This document shows positions 26,831 to 41,920 of a stretch of 64,000 nt of DNA, in pieces; the stretch's first letter is position 1; each line of letters begins with the position of its first letter. Made by a program: the position numbers and the translations under genes. The stretch is taken from assembly GCF_009914755.1 (NCBI RefSeq), contig NC_060929.1; one strand, 5' to 3'. The notes under the pieces were generated by a model, which saw only the letters and a program-made list of their open reading frames with translations, made no database searches and was not told the DNA's origin. This DNA is from the human T2T-CHM13v2.0 reference genome, Homo sapiens.

Positions 26831-28357
26831 AATTTACTTTTGTATGCCTCTTATTCTACTTAGCAGGTAAGGAAAAGTGTTAAGCTTGTCACACTTGTGT
26901 CTTGCTTCTCAACTAGCTTCTAAGTTTCATAAGAGGACCAAATTGTCATTATTCTATCTATTCAACTCAAAACATAGCACACAGTAACAGTTGATTTTAT
27001 GGTGTAAATGATGATGACATTCACTTCACAGGGACCTGTCCCAAGGACTTGCCCTTAGAGACTTAGCACACTGAATGATTGCTGGGACACACAGCAAAGA
27101 GGTCAGAGTAGTGCTAATTTAACTGACCTTGCTGGAATATGATAATTTTCACCAATGTGAATTGTCAATGTGAGCACTAAAAATGAATAACTTGTATTGC
27201 TCAAGATCTGTGGGCAAGAGACATTCAGTTTGCTAGGCTTTATAAAGTTAAAGAATCATTTGATTTGTCCCTATAAGACTGTTTTCGGGCACATTCCTGT
27301 GCTAATTAAGTCTATTTTTCAGGGATTTTCAGCAGTACATGCCCCATGTACTCAGGCATGAAAGGCAAGAACCTTTACATATTCATAAATTTGGAGAGGA
27401 GATTTGAGCTTCTCAGGAGAGGGTAAATTTGTGGCAGGAAGGTCTCAGATGTTTGAGGCTATTTTCTTTTCCAAGGAGAAATTCTCACGTTCACCTCCTT
27501 TTCAGATTATAGAAAGAAATACTCTTGTCTATGAAGCTTCTAAGACTTAGAGACCCTGAATATAGAATAAACTTTTTTTGTGTAGCTAAGTAGGACTAGT
27601 GAGTAATAGAAATATTTTAATATATTCTATTGCTGCATTAAAATCCTTGGAAATAGAATTCTAATAACACAGAAAAACCTAAAGACAGCTTCACTGCCAG
27701 CAATTCCTGGTAGCCTGCAGCTGCCCTCAGTCTCTGCTTGGCCAGCCTTTGCTCTAGAGAATAAAAGGGAGGAGGGGCAGAAGATAGGTCATGGCAGCCT
27801 GAAGAGGTGATGAATTTTACCCACAGGCACAAATTAGATGATGCATGTATACTCTGCCTTTTTGCCCTCGAAGAGTGGTATATTTGCCCTAAAGTTTCAC
27901 TGAAACTGTCAGTTTTAGTTTCAAAATATAATAGATTTTAGTACCAGTTACTTAGTAGCAAATACATTTCCAAGAGAGATACAACTTGAGATTCCAAACT
28001 TTAGTCACATCTTTCCATTCCCCAGTTTCCTGATTGCACTCCTGCCTGTTGCAAAGGATCTGTAGTATGTCACCTCTCTGATACTCCAGAGTCTGGTGAA
28101 GAGATGTGACGTCTGTACACATACCTTACTCAAACTTGCCTTTGGCATAAAAGCACTGTTCCAGACCTACATGTATTTGCTGTTGTCATTGTAACCTGCA
28201 ACACGTGTTGTATTGCACCTATAATGTTGTATGTTGTCACTGTTGATATGCTAATATTGACATGGGCAGTTTATTTAATTAGTGAATAAATCAGGTGACA
28301 ATAGATAAAGGTGTTTTCATTAGGACAATAAAAATGGCAGTGATTATGCTGGTTCTA

Positions 28358-28718
<361 letters not shown>

Positions 28719-29920
28719 TTAGTTAGGATGCAGGCTAAGCTGACATAACAAAGATACCCCCAAATAGAGTGAATGATGGAGTCACTACTTCACACGCTTA
28801 TCCAAAATCCAGGCTGCTGGGCCAGCCCAACCATCCTTAATACATAGCTTACATCTGTAGGTCCAAGGCAGCTCCTCCAGTTGCCATTTCCCTAATGTTG
28901 GGAATGGGAAAAGGAGCCCAGAGGAAGTGGTTTCTCTTTATGGAAATGACCAGAATTTCCCACATGTATGCTCCTATCTCAATCTATTATGCTGAATCCC
29001 ATTTGGCTTCGCTTAGTTATAAGAAGGACTGAGAAATGCAGTCTCAAACTAGGCAGTGATGTTCCAAGCTAAAACACAGGGCACCCTTTTATTAAAAAGA
29101 AGAAAGAATAAATATGTAGAATACTTAACAGTATCCTTTGAATTACTTTCATTGCTAACCAAAATGAAATACGAATAGAAGCAGACTCATCAGCAGAACA
29201 GGGAGAGGTCATTCATCTGTATTATAGAATTCCTTTCTGACACTTGCATCCAGAAATGTTTGATAGTCAAAGTAGGACACATTTCTGGTCTCGGGCTAAT
29301 TAATTTAACATTGATTTATGGGATCATTGATCCAGCAAATAAAATATCATTTTAGAGAGTATAAAAACAAATGACCTACTGAGACCTGAACATCACTCCC
29401 CACTATATTTGAAGATTTGCTTGATTTCCTGCACAATATAGCAGTCATTGGCCCAGCTATAGATCTTATTAGTCCCATAATATGGAGGACCAATACTATG
29501 TGTCCTATGTTGTGAAGGGTCAACATACAGAGAACAAAAAGTGGACAACCAGTAGACATCAACCTGAAAGGAATAACCCTGAATGCATCATCAACAACAA
29601 CAATAATAAAAGATCTTGAATGTGTGTTTGGCAACTATGTAAAATTATATTCAACTTAGAATCCTTCTTTGGTTTTGCAAACTGGTAAATGTAAAAGGTC
29701 ACCCTCTCTATGGCTGAACCCTTTTTCTACATGAGGCATAGGTAACATCAGATAACCGATCAGGGTATAAGCATACATTCCTTTTTGTTAACCTTGCTAA
29801 AATAGAATTATATAATTTAAATGTAAAGCTCCAAAACCTCAGTTTATATAACTCAAAGTTATTTTGGTTCCTGCACATAGCAGATGAAGGAACAGTCTTC
29901 TGATAGCAAAAAATACTTTT

Positions 29921-30193
29921 ATAATTAAAATGTTGGTAATTTTATACAGAAAACCTATTGGAAAAATATGTATTTTTAAAACGTAACCACAAAGACAGGT
30001 AAATCTTTCTAAAAATATTCCTGCCATTGCATTTTATGCAGTTCCTAAAGAATAATGCATGTAAATTTAAGCCTTTTTCCTCTATGGAATCCTTAATCAT
30101 ATTTGTACCACTGTACTTAATAAGGCATATTTACAGTTCAGAGGTTGATACATATTTTTAAAATAGTATACGATTTATGATTATCCATAATAG
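29921..30193 (+). repeat. ~270-bp direct repeat, left copy
   Basis: Collinear with 31657-31935, for example ttttatgcagttcctaaagaataatgcatgtaaatttaagccttttt vs ttttatgcaattcctaaaggataatgcatgtaaacttaagccttttt. Confidence 0.9.
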
Positions 30194-30258
30194 TTGGAGA
30201 ATTCCTTGGTGTATTGGGGAAAATTCTCTACATAGCTGGTCACAGAATGTTCTGTGTG
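30192..30258 (+). mobile_element. Short MER21 U5 fragment fused to the L1 5' end
   Basis: agttggagaattccttgg...tggtcacagaatgttctgtgtg aligns to 63274-63336. Confidence 0.75.
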
Positions 30259-31656
30259 TACAATTGGGAAAGAACAGTCTCTTCAATAAATGGTGTTGGA
30301 AAAACTGAATATCCATAAGCAGAAGAATGAAATTAGATCCTCATCTTATACCGTATTAAAAAAAAAACTCAACTCAAACTGGATTAAATGTAAGACCTGA
30401 AACTGTAAAACTGCTAGAAGAAAACATAAGGGAAAAGCTCCACGACACTGATCTGGGCAATGATTTTTTGGATATGACACCAAAAGCACAGGCAACAGAA
30501 GCAAAAATAGACAAATGAGATCACATGGGCTTAAAAGCTTCTGCACAGCAAAGGAAACAATGGAGTAAAGAGACAACCCAGAGAAAGGGAGAAAATATTT
30601 GCAAATGGTACATCTGATAAGGAGTTAATATTCAAAATACAAGGAACTCAACTTAATAGCAGGAAAACAACCTGATTTGAAAATGGGCAAAAGACCTGAA
30701 TAGACTTTCTCTAAAGAAGGCATACAAATGTCCAACAGGTACATGGAAAATGCTTAGCATCACTAATCACTAGGGAAATGCAACTTAAAACTACAGTGAG
30801 ATATTACCTCATACCTGTTTGAACGGCTTTTGTCAAAAACATGAAATATAACAAGTGTTGGAAAGGATGCAGAGAAAAGGAAACCCTGTACACTGTAGAT
30901 TGGAATGTAAGTTGGTACAGTACAAAGGTTCCTCAAAACCTAAACCTAAATGTAGAACTACCATATGATCCAGTAAACCCACTTCTGGGTATATATTCAA
31001 AGGAACTGAAATCAGTGTGTCAAAGGGATAACTGCACTCCCATGTTTATTGTAGCATTATTCAAAATAACCATGATAGGGATTAACCTAAAGTGTCCATC
31101 GAGAGAGAATGAATAAAGAAAATGTGGTATGTATACATAATAGAATACTATTCAGCCTTAAAAGAGGGGAAATTTGGACATTTGTAACAACATGGATGAA
31201 CCTGGAGGAAATTATGCTGAGCAAAATAAGCCAGGCATGGAAGGACAAATAGCACATGATCTCACTTACATGTAGAATCTAATAAAGTAAAACTCATAGA
31301 AGTAGAGAGTAGAGTGATGGTGACTAGAGACTGAGAGGGTGGGGAGAGAGGGAAGGGGGGTTGTTGATCAAAGGGTACAAAGTTTCAGATAGACAAGAGG
31401 AATAGGTTTTGATACCTATTACACATCAGGGTGACTATAGTCAATAATAACGTATTCTATATTTCAAAATAACTAAGAGTAAATTCAGTGTCTCACACCA
31501 TAAAAAATAATAGGTAAGTGAGGTGATGGACATGTTAATTTGCTTGATTAGATCATGTCACATTGGATACATGTATCAAAACATCATGTTGTACCCCTTA
31601 AATGTATATAATTATTATTTGCCAGTTAAAAATAATATTAATAATATATTTTTAAA
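30259..31656 (+). mobile_element. 5'-truncated L1MA (L1MA5-7-like), ORF2 end plus 3' UTR
   Basis: cagtctcttcaataaatggtgttgg; degenerate ORF2 C-terminus (NKCWKGCREKETLYTVDWNV, ELPYDPVNPLLGIY); 3' UTR aaagggtacaaagtttcagatagac...; A-rich tail. Confidence 0.92.
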
Positions 31657-31935
31657 ATAAATAAAATATTGGTAAAATTTGTGCAGAAAATCTATTAGAA
31701 AAATATATTCTTTTAAAATGCAACTACAAAGAAAAGTAAATCATTCTAAGTGCATTTCTGCAGTTACATTTTATGCAATTCCTAAAGGATAATGCATGTA
31801 AACTTAAGCCTTTTTCTTCTATTGGATTTGTAATCGTATTTGCACCACTGTACTGAGCAAAGCATATTTGCAGTTCAGAGGCAGGTAAATATTTTAAAAA
31901 TATTATACTACTGTATCTATGATTGTACATAATAG
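31657..31935 (+). repeat. ~270-bp direct repeat, right copy
   Basis: Collinear with 29921-30193; both copies end in cataatag. Confidence 0.9.
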
Positions 31936-33364
31936 ACTCCTTGGCTAGTTATTCTCTGTATGTATGATAAAATATCTATGTTCTACTTAGTAAACAACTT
32001 CAAAAAGGAAGAATAGAATATTTTTTGTTAACTATGATTGCAGAATTAACATTAAAAAAGCCTTCGAAGGAAAGAAAAAGACTTGTGTGTTTTGACTCAC
32101 GGAGTCATAATATGGAAATTCCTTCATTATTAATGATTGAAAATTAATAATATATTAAAACACTTCTTTCAAATAAGCACTGTGCTGAATTGAGTTCTAT
32201 AATGTTGCAAATAAAAATTTAGCCATGTACAGCAGATTCTTAAGAGAAAAGGTTATGTGTGGTAAAGATAAATTCCCAATTCTCAGATTGCTTTTTAATT
32301 ATCTTGTTGTTCAAATAAAAAGTGTCATTGCATTGCACTCTGGCTTCCTCTCATCCTCCTATATGGTTAAGAATTTCAGAGACTGAAACATCTGGTTGGA
32401 TGAATTTTATAAGAACCTTCAAGTTAAATCCAATCAGTGTGGCCTTCAAAGGCTAACTCAATTCTGTTTATATTGGAACCCAGCCTCAACTTGTAAAAGA
32501 GCAAATCAAGCAAGTATATTGGCTGAGACATAGGGAAATTTACAGTCTGTAGAGATTTTTATTGTAATTATATCCAAAGTTAGGATTTAGCTTAGAGCCA
32601 AAAAAGAGGAGCCTCATGGGAAGAGCCACTAGGTTAATGGTAGAGCACAAAATAAAGGCCAAGATTTGGGAAAGGGAGCTGGACACAAAACCAGGTTATG
32701 CTCCCAGCAGGTCTTTGATGACTGGTGGCATCAGCCCCAGGCAGGTTATGTGGTAAGACTAGAAATATTAAGGAATGGTATGGCAGAGGAGAGTTAGACT
32801 ACTCAGGTTCTTTACAACTGTTATTTTTATCCACCTATATATCTTTCTTTTTTTAACTAAATTCTGATGCCTTCCCAGAATCACCTTCTTCTGCATTTTC
32901 AATTCATGTGCTTCAAGGAGGTTCCTGTGACTTACATCTAGGTAATCAGAGCATTCCATTCCCCTGATACGTAGTATTTGTCCACAGATGGACACACACC
33001 CAATCAGGGCCAATGAAATGTACTCAGATGTTTTGCTGAATCCGCTGAGAGGATATTTTGTTGTTGTTAGACTTAAACTTGGAAGGTTGTGGAAGCAGGA
33101 TTCATGCTGGACCTTTCATGTACTTGAAGCAGTAAACTCCATTTATTTGTACAAGCTACATTTGGTTAACTTTTCCCAAAGTTACAATGCAGGGAGTTAT
33201 GATCAGGTGAACAGATGGTGACATAAGAAATAAGCTAATTAATGCATCTTTTGTTCTCATCTTCATTTCTGAAAAGGAGGTCAACACAGTGTTTCTGAAA
33301 GTCTGAGTATACTTCCCAGAGGGGAGTCAAGTGTTTTTCTGTTTGACTCACTAAAGAGGCTTGC

Positions 33365-33800
33365 CTTTAACAATAATATTTTATTATCTCCCATGGTTTC
33401 TGTGAGTGAGATGGCTTATCTCTGTTCCACAATATCAAGCTTCAGAAAGAAGGCTTGAAGATGGGGTAGAGGGGCGTGGAGGGGAGCGGGGCTAGAATCT
33501 TCATTCATATGTCTAGGGTGGAGTTGATCCTGGCTATTGGCTGAGGACCTACCTAACTGGGGATATAGGCCACAACATTCACATGTGGACTCTCTAGATT
33601 GCTTGGGCTTCCTCAAAAGATGGTGGCTAGGTTCTAAGACCAACCATCCTAAGAGAGACCAGGCAGAAGTCACATAACATCACTTCTACCACAACTTGTT
33701 AGCAGTGAATCCTTCCCACATTCAAGGAGAGGGGACTATAATTTTATCTTCTGAAATGAAGAGTTTAAATAATTTGCAAACATATTTTTAATTACCCCCA
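33365..33800 (-). mobile_element. MLT1G/H-like MaLR LTR
   Basis: ttattatctcccatggtttctgtg...gcttgggcttcctcaaaagatggtggct...cacattcaaggagagggga. Confidence 0.65.
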
Positions 33801-34316
33801 GGTAAGGAGAGAGAGGAGTTTTCTTTACACTGCAGAAGTAGTTAAAATGAGGTAAATTTTCATCTATAAGAGCAGAAAGTTAAAAGATGCTATCTAACAA
33901 ATCAAGAAAAGTTATAATAAATGTTTTATTTAGACATATGGCAGTAACCTCTAAGAGAATTACAAACAGAAATAATTTAAAGTGATTGTCCCTGGGTACT
34001 GAGAATTCCACTGAGGGAGACAGTTGCTTTACATTATAAGGTCTTTAGTAGTGTTTAAGCTTTTCTGAAGCTATAAACCTATATTACTCTTGCTAAAATT
34101 GTAAAACTTGAACATTTAAATATTCATATATATCCTTCCCAAATCTCAAGTGTTTTCTTCTTTAAAAATTCTTCTCTAGCTTCTCTCTGCCTCTGTTTTG
34201 GGTTGGGTAGCCCTCCAAAGGGCCACAAACCTAAGATCTGCCACATTGCACTGCAGTGACTTGTGTCTCGTGATAGTTGGGATGCTCATTGAGGGCAAGA
34301 CTGTCTTGTATCTCTG

Positions 34317-34764
34317 TGTGATAGTTAGTACTGAGTGTCAACTTGATTGGATTGAAGGATGCAAAGTATTGATCCTGGATGTGTCTGTGAGGGTGTTGCC
34401 AAAGGAGATTAACATTTGAGTCAGTGGGCTGGTAAAGGCAGACCCACCCTTAATCTGGGTGGGCGCCATCTAATCAGCTGCCAAAGTGGCTAGAATATAA
34501 AGCAGTCAGAAAAACATGAAAAGATGAAGCTGGCCTAGCCTCCCAGCCTATATCTTTCTCCTGTGCTGGACCCTTCCTTCCCTCAAACATCAGACTCCCA
34601 AGTTCTTCAGTTTGGGACTCGGAATGGCTTTTCTTGCTTCTTAGCTTGCAGATGGCCTATTGAGGGACCTTGTGATTGTGTGAGTTAATACTTAATAAAC
34701 TCCCCTTTTTGTATATATATCTATCATATTAGTTCTCTCCCTCTAGAGAACCCTGACTAATACA
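34317..34764 (+). mobile_element. MLT2A1/A2 (HERV-L) solo LTR
   Basis: TGTGATAGTTAGTACTGAGTGTCAACTTGATTGGATTGAAGG...CTAGAGAACCCTGACTAATACA with 5-bp TSD CTCTG at 34312-34316 and 34765-34769. Confidence 0.93.
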
Positions 34765-36762
34765 CTCTGTATTTCCAAAGTAAAGCATAATAAATGGCAT
34801 GTGATAACTACACAGTAAACCTATTTTAATATATAAAGAGGAGGGACATGTTTGGATGCACCTTAAGAAAAATAACTCATAGCCATATTGCTAGTAGAGT
34901 ATGTGTGTGGCAGGGGTGGGGGGAGCATTGTATATATGTAAGTTTTGCGAGTGTGTGTTTGGGAGCCGTGGGAAGGAATGAAATCCTGTAAGGAGCATTT
35001 GTAACATATCAGTGATACGATTCTGAAGGCATGAGGCAGGGTAATGGCAGGGAGAATGGTGAGACAATCATGGGAGACATGATTTGATGTAGAATAAACA
35101 TACTTGGCACTGAATGTGGGATGTGAGGGGAAAGGGACCAATACAGAGGACACAGATATGGGGAGAGCTGACTAGGAGAGACCACAAAAGGACTTGTGGT
35201 GTTGTAGGTAAGGGAAAAGCCATGCCATAGGGTCAGCGTGGCCAGGTCTAGTGGCCTATGGATTCCCCATTCCTATACCTTCAATCTTCTGAGGCAATTC
35301 TCCAACCTAACCTGGGGTTGAGGAGGGTTGCTCCAGTTTGCATACCTGCTTCTTAGACAAAGCTGAAGTGTCTGAATACCAGGATTTCTACAGTTATACT
35401 TCATGAAGGCAAAAAGCTATGAAAGAAGTTAAGCGTGTTCACAGTCAGGATGTGGTTAGAGGTGAGACGGGTCAAAATGGGGAGCTTAATATGGGCCAGT
35501 TATCATCAGACCATAAGAAAGTATGATAGTGTACATTTCCCATAAGCAATTCCATCCAGATTTTTCACTGTATTATTTAGATTTGCTTGGGAGAAATGGT
35601 ATGGGTTTCTCTCTTATCAGCCTCCTGTGCTTTTTTCAGTGATCTTTGGGGGACACTGTGCAGTCATTAAGATTTAAAATTTTGAAGACTATTCAACAAC
35701 AAGGAAAATTATTATGAGACATTAAATGAAAAACAAACATAAAATTGTATCTACACTGTGATAACTATAAAAACGTATCCATGCATATGCATAGATGTTG
35801 GTAAGAAACTCAGAAGTTGTATTTGTTTGGGTGTCAAGAGAGTGTAAGGACCTTTCTCATATTGTTGTTTCCATTAACTTTGTTTGAACCAGGAATATTG
35901 ATACAATACGTTATTTGTGGATTTTAAAATAGTACTGAGAAAGTTGCATTGCTCACAGTCATGACTGTGATAGAGTAAACATAGGGCATCTCCTGATCAG
36001 ATAAAGTATATTAAAAAGAAGGGACCCAAGGCCCGTAAGTCAGAGAACAGGAATTTCTATGGAGTTTAGAAATGAAATGAGATTTGATTGTATGTCGTAA
36101 AAATATGTGTCAAATTTGAAAAAATACGTGCTCTAACAAATGATATCATAATCAGAATAAAGCCATTTGTCATTCTTCTGAAAAATAATATATGACAAAG
36201 AGGCTCCAATGTAATGATCAGAAGTACAACTAGGAGCCCTGAGGATCCTGGTATTGCAAATTCGGTAAAAAGAAGGTGGGGGGTGCAGCAGTATAGAAAT
36301 ATGTTTTTTCATCAAAAGCTTTGCAGAAAGATGGGGAGTGGGGAGTTGGGATTTTATAAGAGCAGATTCAAATTAAACCATATGAAGTAATACCAACTAA
36401 TGTAAGCAAGAGTAAAAGCCATTTTTAAAAATATCCTGAGATAAAAATTCCAGACAATAAGGATGGCATGGTACAGAAATATATTTATTTTGACTCTTGC
36501 AACCTCATGAAAAAATAGTCCTAGGATTGAAAAAGACATCAACCTACAAGAACATAGAGAGAAGTTTAGGAGCAAAACAGCAACAATGTCTTGGAAGCCA
36601 GAAAGCAGATGAATAAATCTTAAATATCAGGGTAGATGTGAGAAAATGACATAACAAGCCAGCAGCAAGGAGAGTTGAAAGATTTATACCATAGAATCCC
36701 AAAAAGCCTCAGAAATAGGTAGTAGTAGGTATTTGTAGAAGAGAGGGTTAGCAGGAATTCTT

Positions 36763-37090
36763 TTTGTTTTTTGTATTTTGTTTTTTTTTGTTGTTGTTAA
36801 TTGAGACAGAGGCTCGCTCTGTTGCTTGGGCTGGAGTGCCGTGGCACTATCTCAGCTCACTGCCAACCTTTGCCACCCAGGTTCAAGCAATTCTCTTGTC
36901 TCAGCCTCCCAAGTAGCTGGGATTACAGGTGCCTGCCACAATGCCTGGCTAATTTTTTTTTGTATTTTTAGTAAAGACGGGGTTTCGCCACGTTGGCCAG
37001 GCTGGCCTTGAACTCCTGACCTCAGGTGATCCACCCACCTCAGCCTCCCGAAGTGCTGGGATTCACAGGCATGAGCCATTGCGCTCGGCC
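36763..37090 (-). mobile_element. AluS
   Basis: Antisense dimer; TSD GCAGGA(A/G)TTCTT at 36751-36762 and 37091-37102. Confidence 0.93.
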
Positions 37091-37827
37091 GCAGGAGTTC
37101 TTAAAATGAGGACTAGGGTGAGAGTCTGTTTAAGAAACAGTTAGATTGCCATATCCTCTCCCTCATTCCACACAGCCAAGTTATCGATCCTGCCCAGCCA
37201 CCGCGAAAAGACTTAACTTGGAGAGAATAAAAGGTATGTAGAATAGGGAACACTGAAAACAGGGCAAATGAGTGACCTTTACATACAGAATGCTGAAATC
37301 TCCAGCTTCTATGGATAACCAGTCATTAGGGAAAAAGCCTCCAACATAACAAAGGCATCAAAACAAGGAAACGGAAGAAAGCAATCTGTAGGAAATAGAG
37401 ACTCCACAGGGAGAAGAAACTTCAAAAAAGAGTGTTCATGCGTGTGCCTGTGTGTGTACACACAAGTATATGATTAAGTGAAAATGGTGCTTACCTATTT
37501 TGGAAAACCACTGCACATCCTTTATAATAAAAATATTCAGATGAACAAGTAGCAGTAAAATTACCCATAGCCCACACCTGCATCATAACTAGGAGACTGA
37601 GAAAACATACAAGTTAAAAAACAAATATCCAAGACAAGCAGAATTAGCTCCAGGACACACAAGAGATTTAATGGTCAGGCAGAGATCATGCAGAAGAGAA
37701 GAGAGTATAGTGGGTTCATCTCAAAAAGGTGAGAATCCCATTTGCGTGGGAAAATACTAAGACAAATCTGAGACCTGGCTACTAATTAATCAAAAGTAAG
37801 GGGCTGGGAAATGTGTTAAATCAGAAT

Positions 37828-38501
<674 letters not shown>

Positions 38502-38668
38502 CCAGAGGTGTCAGTTTTGAGAAAGCCCCACTTCTGGTTGAGAGGGAGGTGATGTCCTTTGTAAATTGGCAATAAAGGCAAAGGGAGTGGCTGAATATAA
38601 GGACCTGTTAAAATAATATAACATAAAAATTAGAGCTGAAAACATTTTTCTAAAGCATAATTTATTAA

Positions 38669-38995
<327 letters not shown>

Positions 38996-39976
38996 AAGAA
39001 GGTAATCTTGCACCAAGAAATAAAGTAAACTAGTCAAATCCCCTCCTCCTTAGAACAGAATTGCTTATTATTTCTGGATTTGAAAAACACAGTAGAAATA
39101 GTCATTAAAAACAGCATCCATGCAAGTTATAATGTGAAAAAAAAAACATAATGAAAATAAAAACTTTTTAGCAGATTAAAACAATGAAAAACAAAGCAAA
39201 GGAAAATAAAGAACAAAACTATGAAAGAGAGGAAAACTGAAACAAAATATTCTCCATGAACTAAGTATAATCCCCAAAGCAACTGCAAATGTGAAGGACC
39301 ACCACAGATCAGAAATTAAAAATTCAGCATAGTAATGGGCAAGCAATAAAAAGATTTAAAATGCAATCCGAATAAACTCATGGAAATAATTTTTGTTTCA
39401 AAAGACAGAATCATATTTAAAATAAAAACTAAATTACAAGATACCCATGGAAAATACATAGGACCTGGTACAGTAAGAATTATATGGTCTAGAAAGTAAA
39501 AGAACCAAAAGAAATGTAGAAATGAAGACAAAGGTGAAAACTACCAAAACAACAGGAAAATAAGATCCAAAGTACATATAAATTCCTAGAAGATAATGCA
39601 ATACAACATACTAGAACTATATTCAAACTATAATTAAAGAAAAGTTTTCTGAAAGAAAAAAAGTTCTTAATTTACATATAAAAGAACCCACTGTTTACCA
39701 GGAAAATTTTCCCAGATTAGTAAACTTGAAGGTGTTAGTAAAACTCTTAGACCTTAAAAATTAAATGTCCATTGAGTTCTCCAGTCACTTAAAAAATAAA
39801 ATAAAATTGACATCAATGACTCAACAGCAATAAACAAAGCAAGACAATAGTGGAGAAACATATTCAAAAAACTTAAGGAAAATGTGAGTCAAAGATTTTA
39901 TATCCAGCCAAATTATCAGTCAAGTTTTAAGAATATAGAAAAACAATTTTTAAAATGCAATAGTTCAGAGAATATT

Positions 39977-40536
39977 TGTGGTGGACTCAAAATGGCTACA
40001 AATTCTCTTGACCCTTCTCTCATTGACAGGTGAGTTTTAAGTCACCTCTTCTTGCAGCTGGGCTCCATGACTACTTTGAGCAACAGAATATTGTAGAAGG
40101 CCTGCTGTGTCCATTTTTAGGCCCAGGATGTAAACTGGAAGCTTCTACTTCTCATCTCTGGAAAAACTAGGTCTTTGAGCCCTAAAGCCACAATGTAAAA
40201 AGCTCACTACCCTGTTAGGAAGAACTCATAAAGACGCCCTGAGATTATATGGAGAGGAAGGGGTTAAACCCAGCCTTGCAGCCATTCCTGCCATGGTATG
40301 AGCCATCTAAGTGATTGCCATCTTGGATCCTTAAGACCAGCTCAGTTGCCAACTGAATACTGTGTAATGAATACTGTGTAATGACATTAGTTAGTGCCAA
40401 TAAAGCAGAAGAATCACCCATCCAAGCTCTGTCTGAATTTTTGATCCACAAAATCTTGAGATATAATAAAATGGTAGGCTTTTTTAAACCATTAGGTTTG
40501 ACATCAGTTATTATGCAAAAGTAGTTCACTAGAAAA
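39977..40536 (+). mobile_element. MLT1G/H-like MaLR LTR
   Basis: TGTGGTGGACTCAAAATGGCTACAAATTC...; homologous in layout to 10001-10511. Confidence 0.75.
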
Positions 40537-41703
40537 ATACAGAACTCTAAACTCTTCTAAAAGAATTTGAAAGCATGTAACTATTTCTCCTGACAAGGTA
40601 ATAATATGAGAACTAAAATGAATATATATTAATTGTCATATACTTAAGGAAAGCAGGAGAGAGAAAGAAGAAAAAACTTGTTAACTACTGCAGAGGTAAC
40701 TGATGGCCATCAAAACATATTGTGTAAAGTTTTTGTGATAACAAGAAGCTAAATAAGAAAAAGCAGGGGACAAAAAGCAGTAACCGAATTATTAATATAA
40801 AGGCTACCATGAAACAAAAACACAAACCTTTGTAAGTATTTAAACATTTTCCAACAGTTTTAAAAGAGCTAAGATTGCATATTGAAAGACATAGTCAACA
40901 CAAGACACATTATACATACCCCTCAGATCAAATATATCAATTTTACTTATAAATATAAGTGAGCCTAACTCACCAAAGTGATATACCTAAAACAAAGTGA
41001 TTCGGCAAGACTAAAAATAAAGGAAAGGGGGAAAACATATAAGGCAAAAGTAAGCATAAAAATAAAATTTAAGCAATGTTTGTGATTTTGATATCTGACA
41101 AAGAATAATGCAAGTAAAAAAGCAATAAATGATAAGACAAAGAAGGACTTTTTATAATGCCATAATTCACAATGAAACTGTAACAGTTATAATTACCTAT
41201 ACATAAATTACACAGCAGCTGCATAAGGCAGAAAATATAAGAATGTAATGAGAAATAGAAATATCTAATAAAAGACCTTTATCTCACTCAGTTCAAGACA
41301 GGTCAAGGAAACAAATACATGCACAACATAAAATAAATATAATGAAAATATAACAATTTTTATTCCTTGGTTATAAAAAATACATTGTCTTTTCAAACAT
41401 TTATGGAACATGAATGATATTTTACTATATATTCGTTTACAAAGAAAATCTCAATGAGTTCCATGAGGTAGAACTAATACAACATTTGCTAACTGTAATG
41501 CAATAAAATTAGAAATAAAATTTTGTAAAAGTACATTTTACCTGACCAAGTTATAAACTGTAATACATAATGCTTGAGTTAAAGGGAAAATACACTGATG
41601 TTGCAAAAATCTCTAAAACCAAAGAAATCACTACATATCATAATCTATGGGATACAATTAAAACTGTTCTCAAAATAAAATTCATAGCTTTAACAACTCA
41701 TAC

Positions 41704-41920
41704 CAGGGATCATCAAGCCACAGCCAGTGGGCCAAACTCAACCTGCCATTTGTTTTGAAAAGTTATATTTGAACTCAGCCATGCCATTCATTTAAATACT
41801 GTCTATGGCTGCTTTCCTACTGCAAAGGCAGAATTGAGTAGTTGCAGTAGGAAGAATATGGCCCACCAAATCAAAGCTATAGACTATTTGATCCTTTACA
41901 AAAAAAGTTGCCATTTCCTC
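41704..41920. mobile_element. MER58A-like hAT MITE
   Basis: gggccaaactcaacctgcc...gtctatggctgctttcctactgcaaaggcagaattgagtagttgc...cctttacaaaaaaagttgcc. Confidence 0.8.

Noticed and set aside
40357-40384. Short perfect duplication aatactgtgtaatg x2 and similar 10-14 bp duplications elsewhere
   Set aside because: Ordinary slippage inside old repeats.
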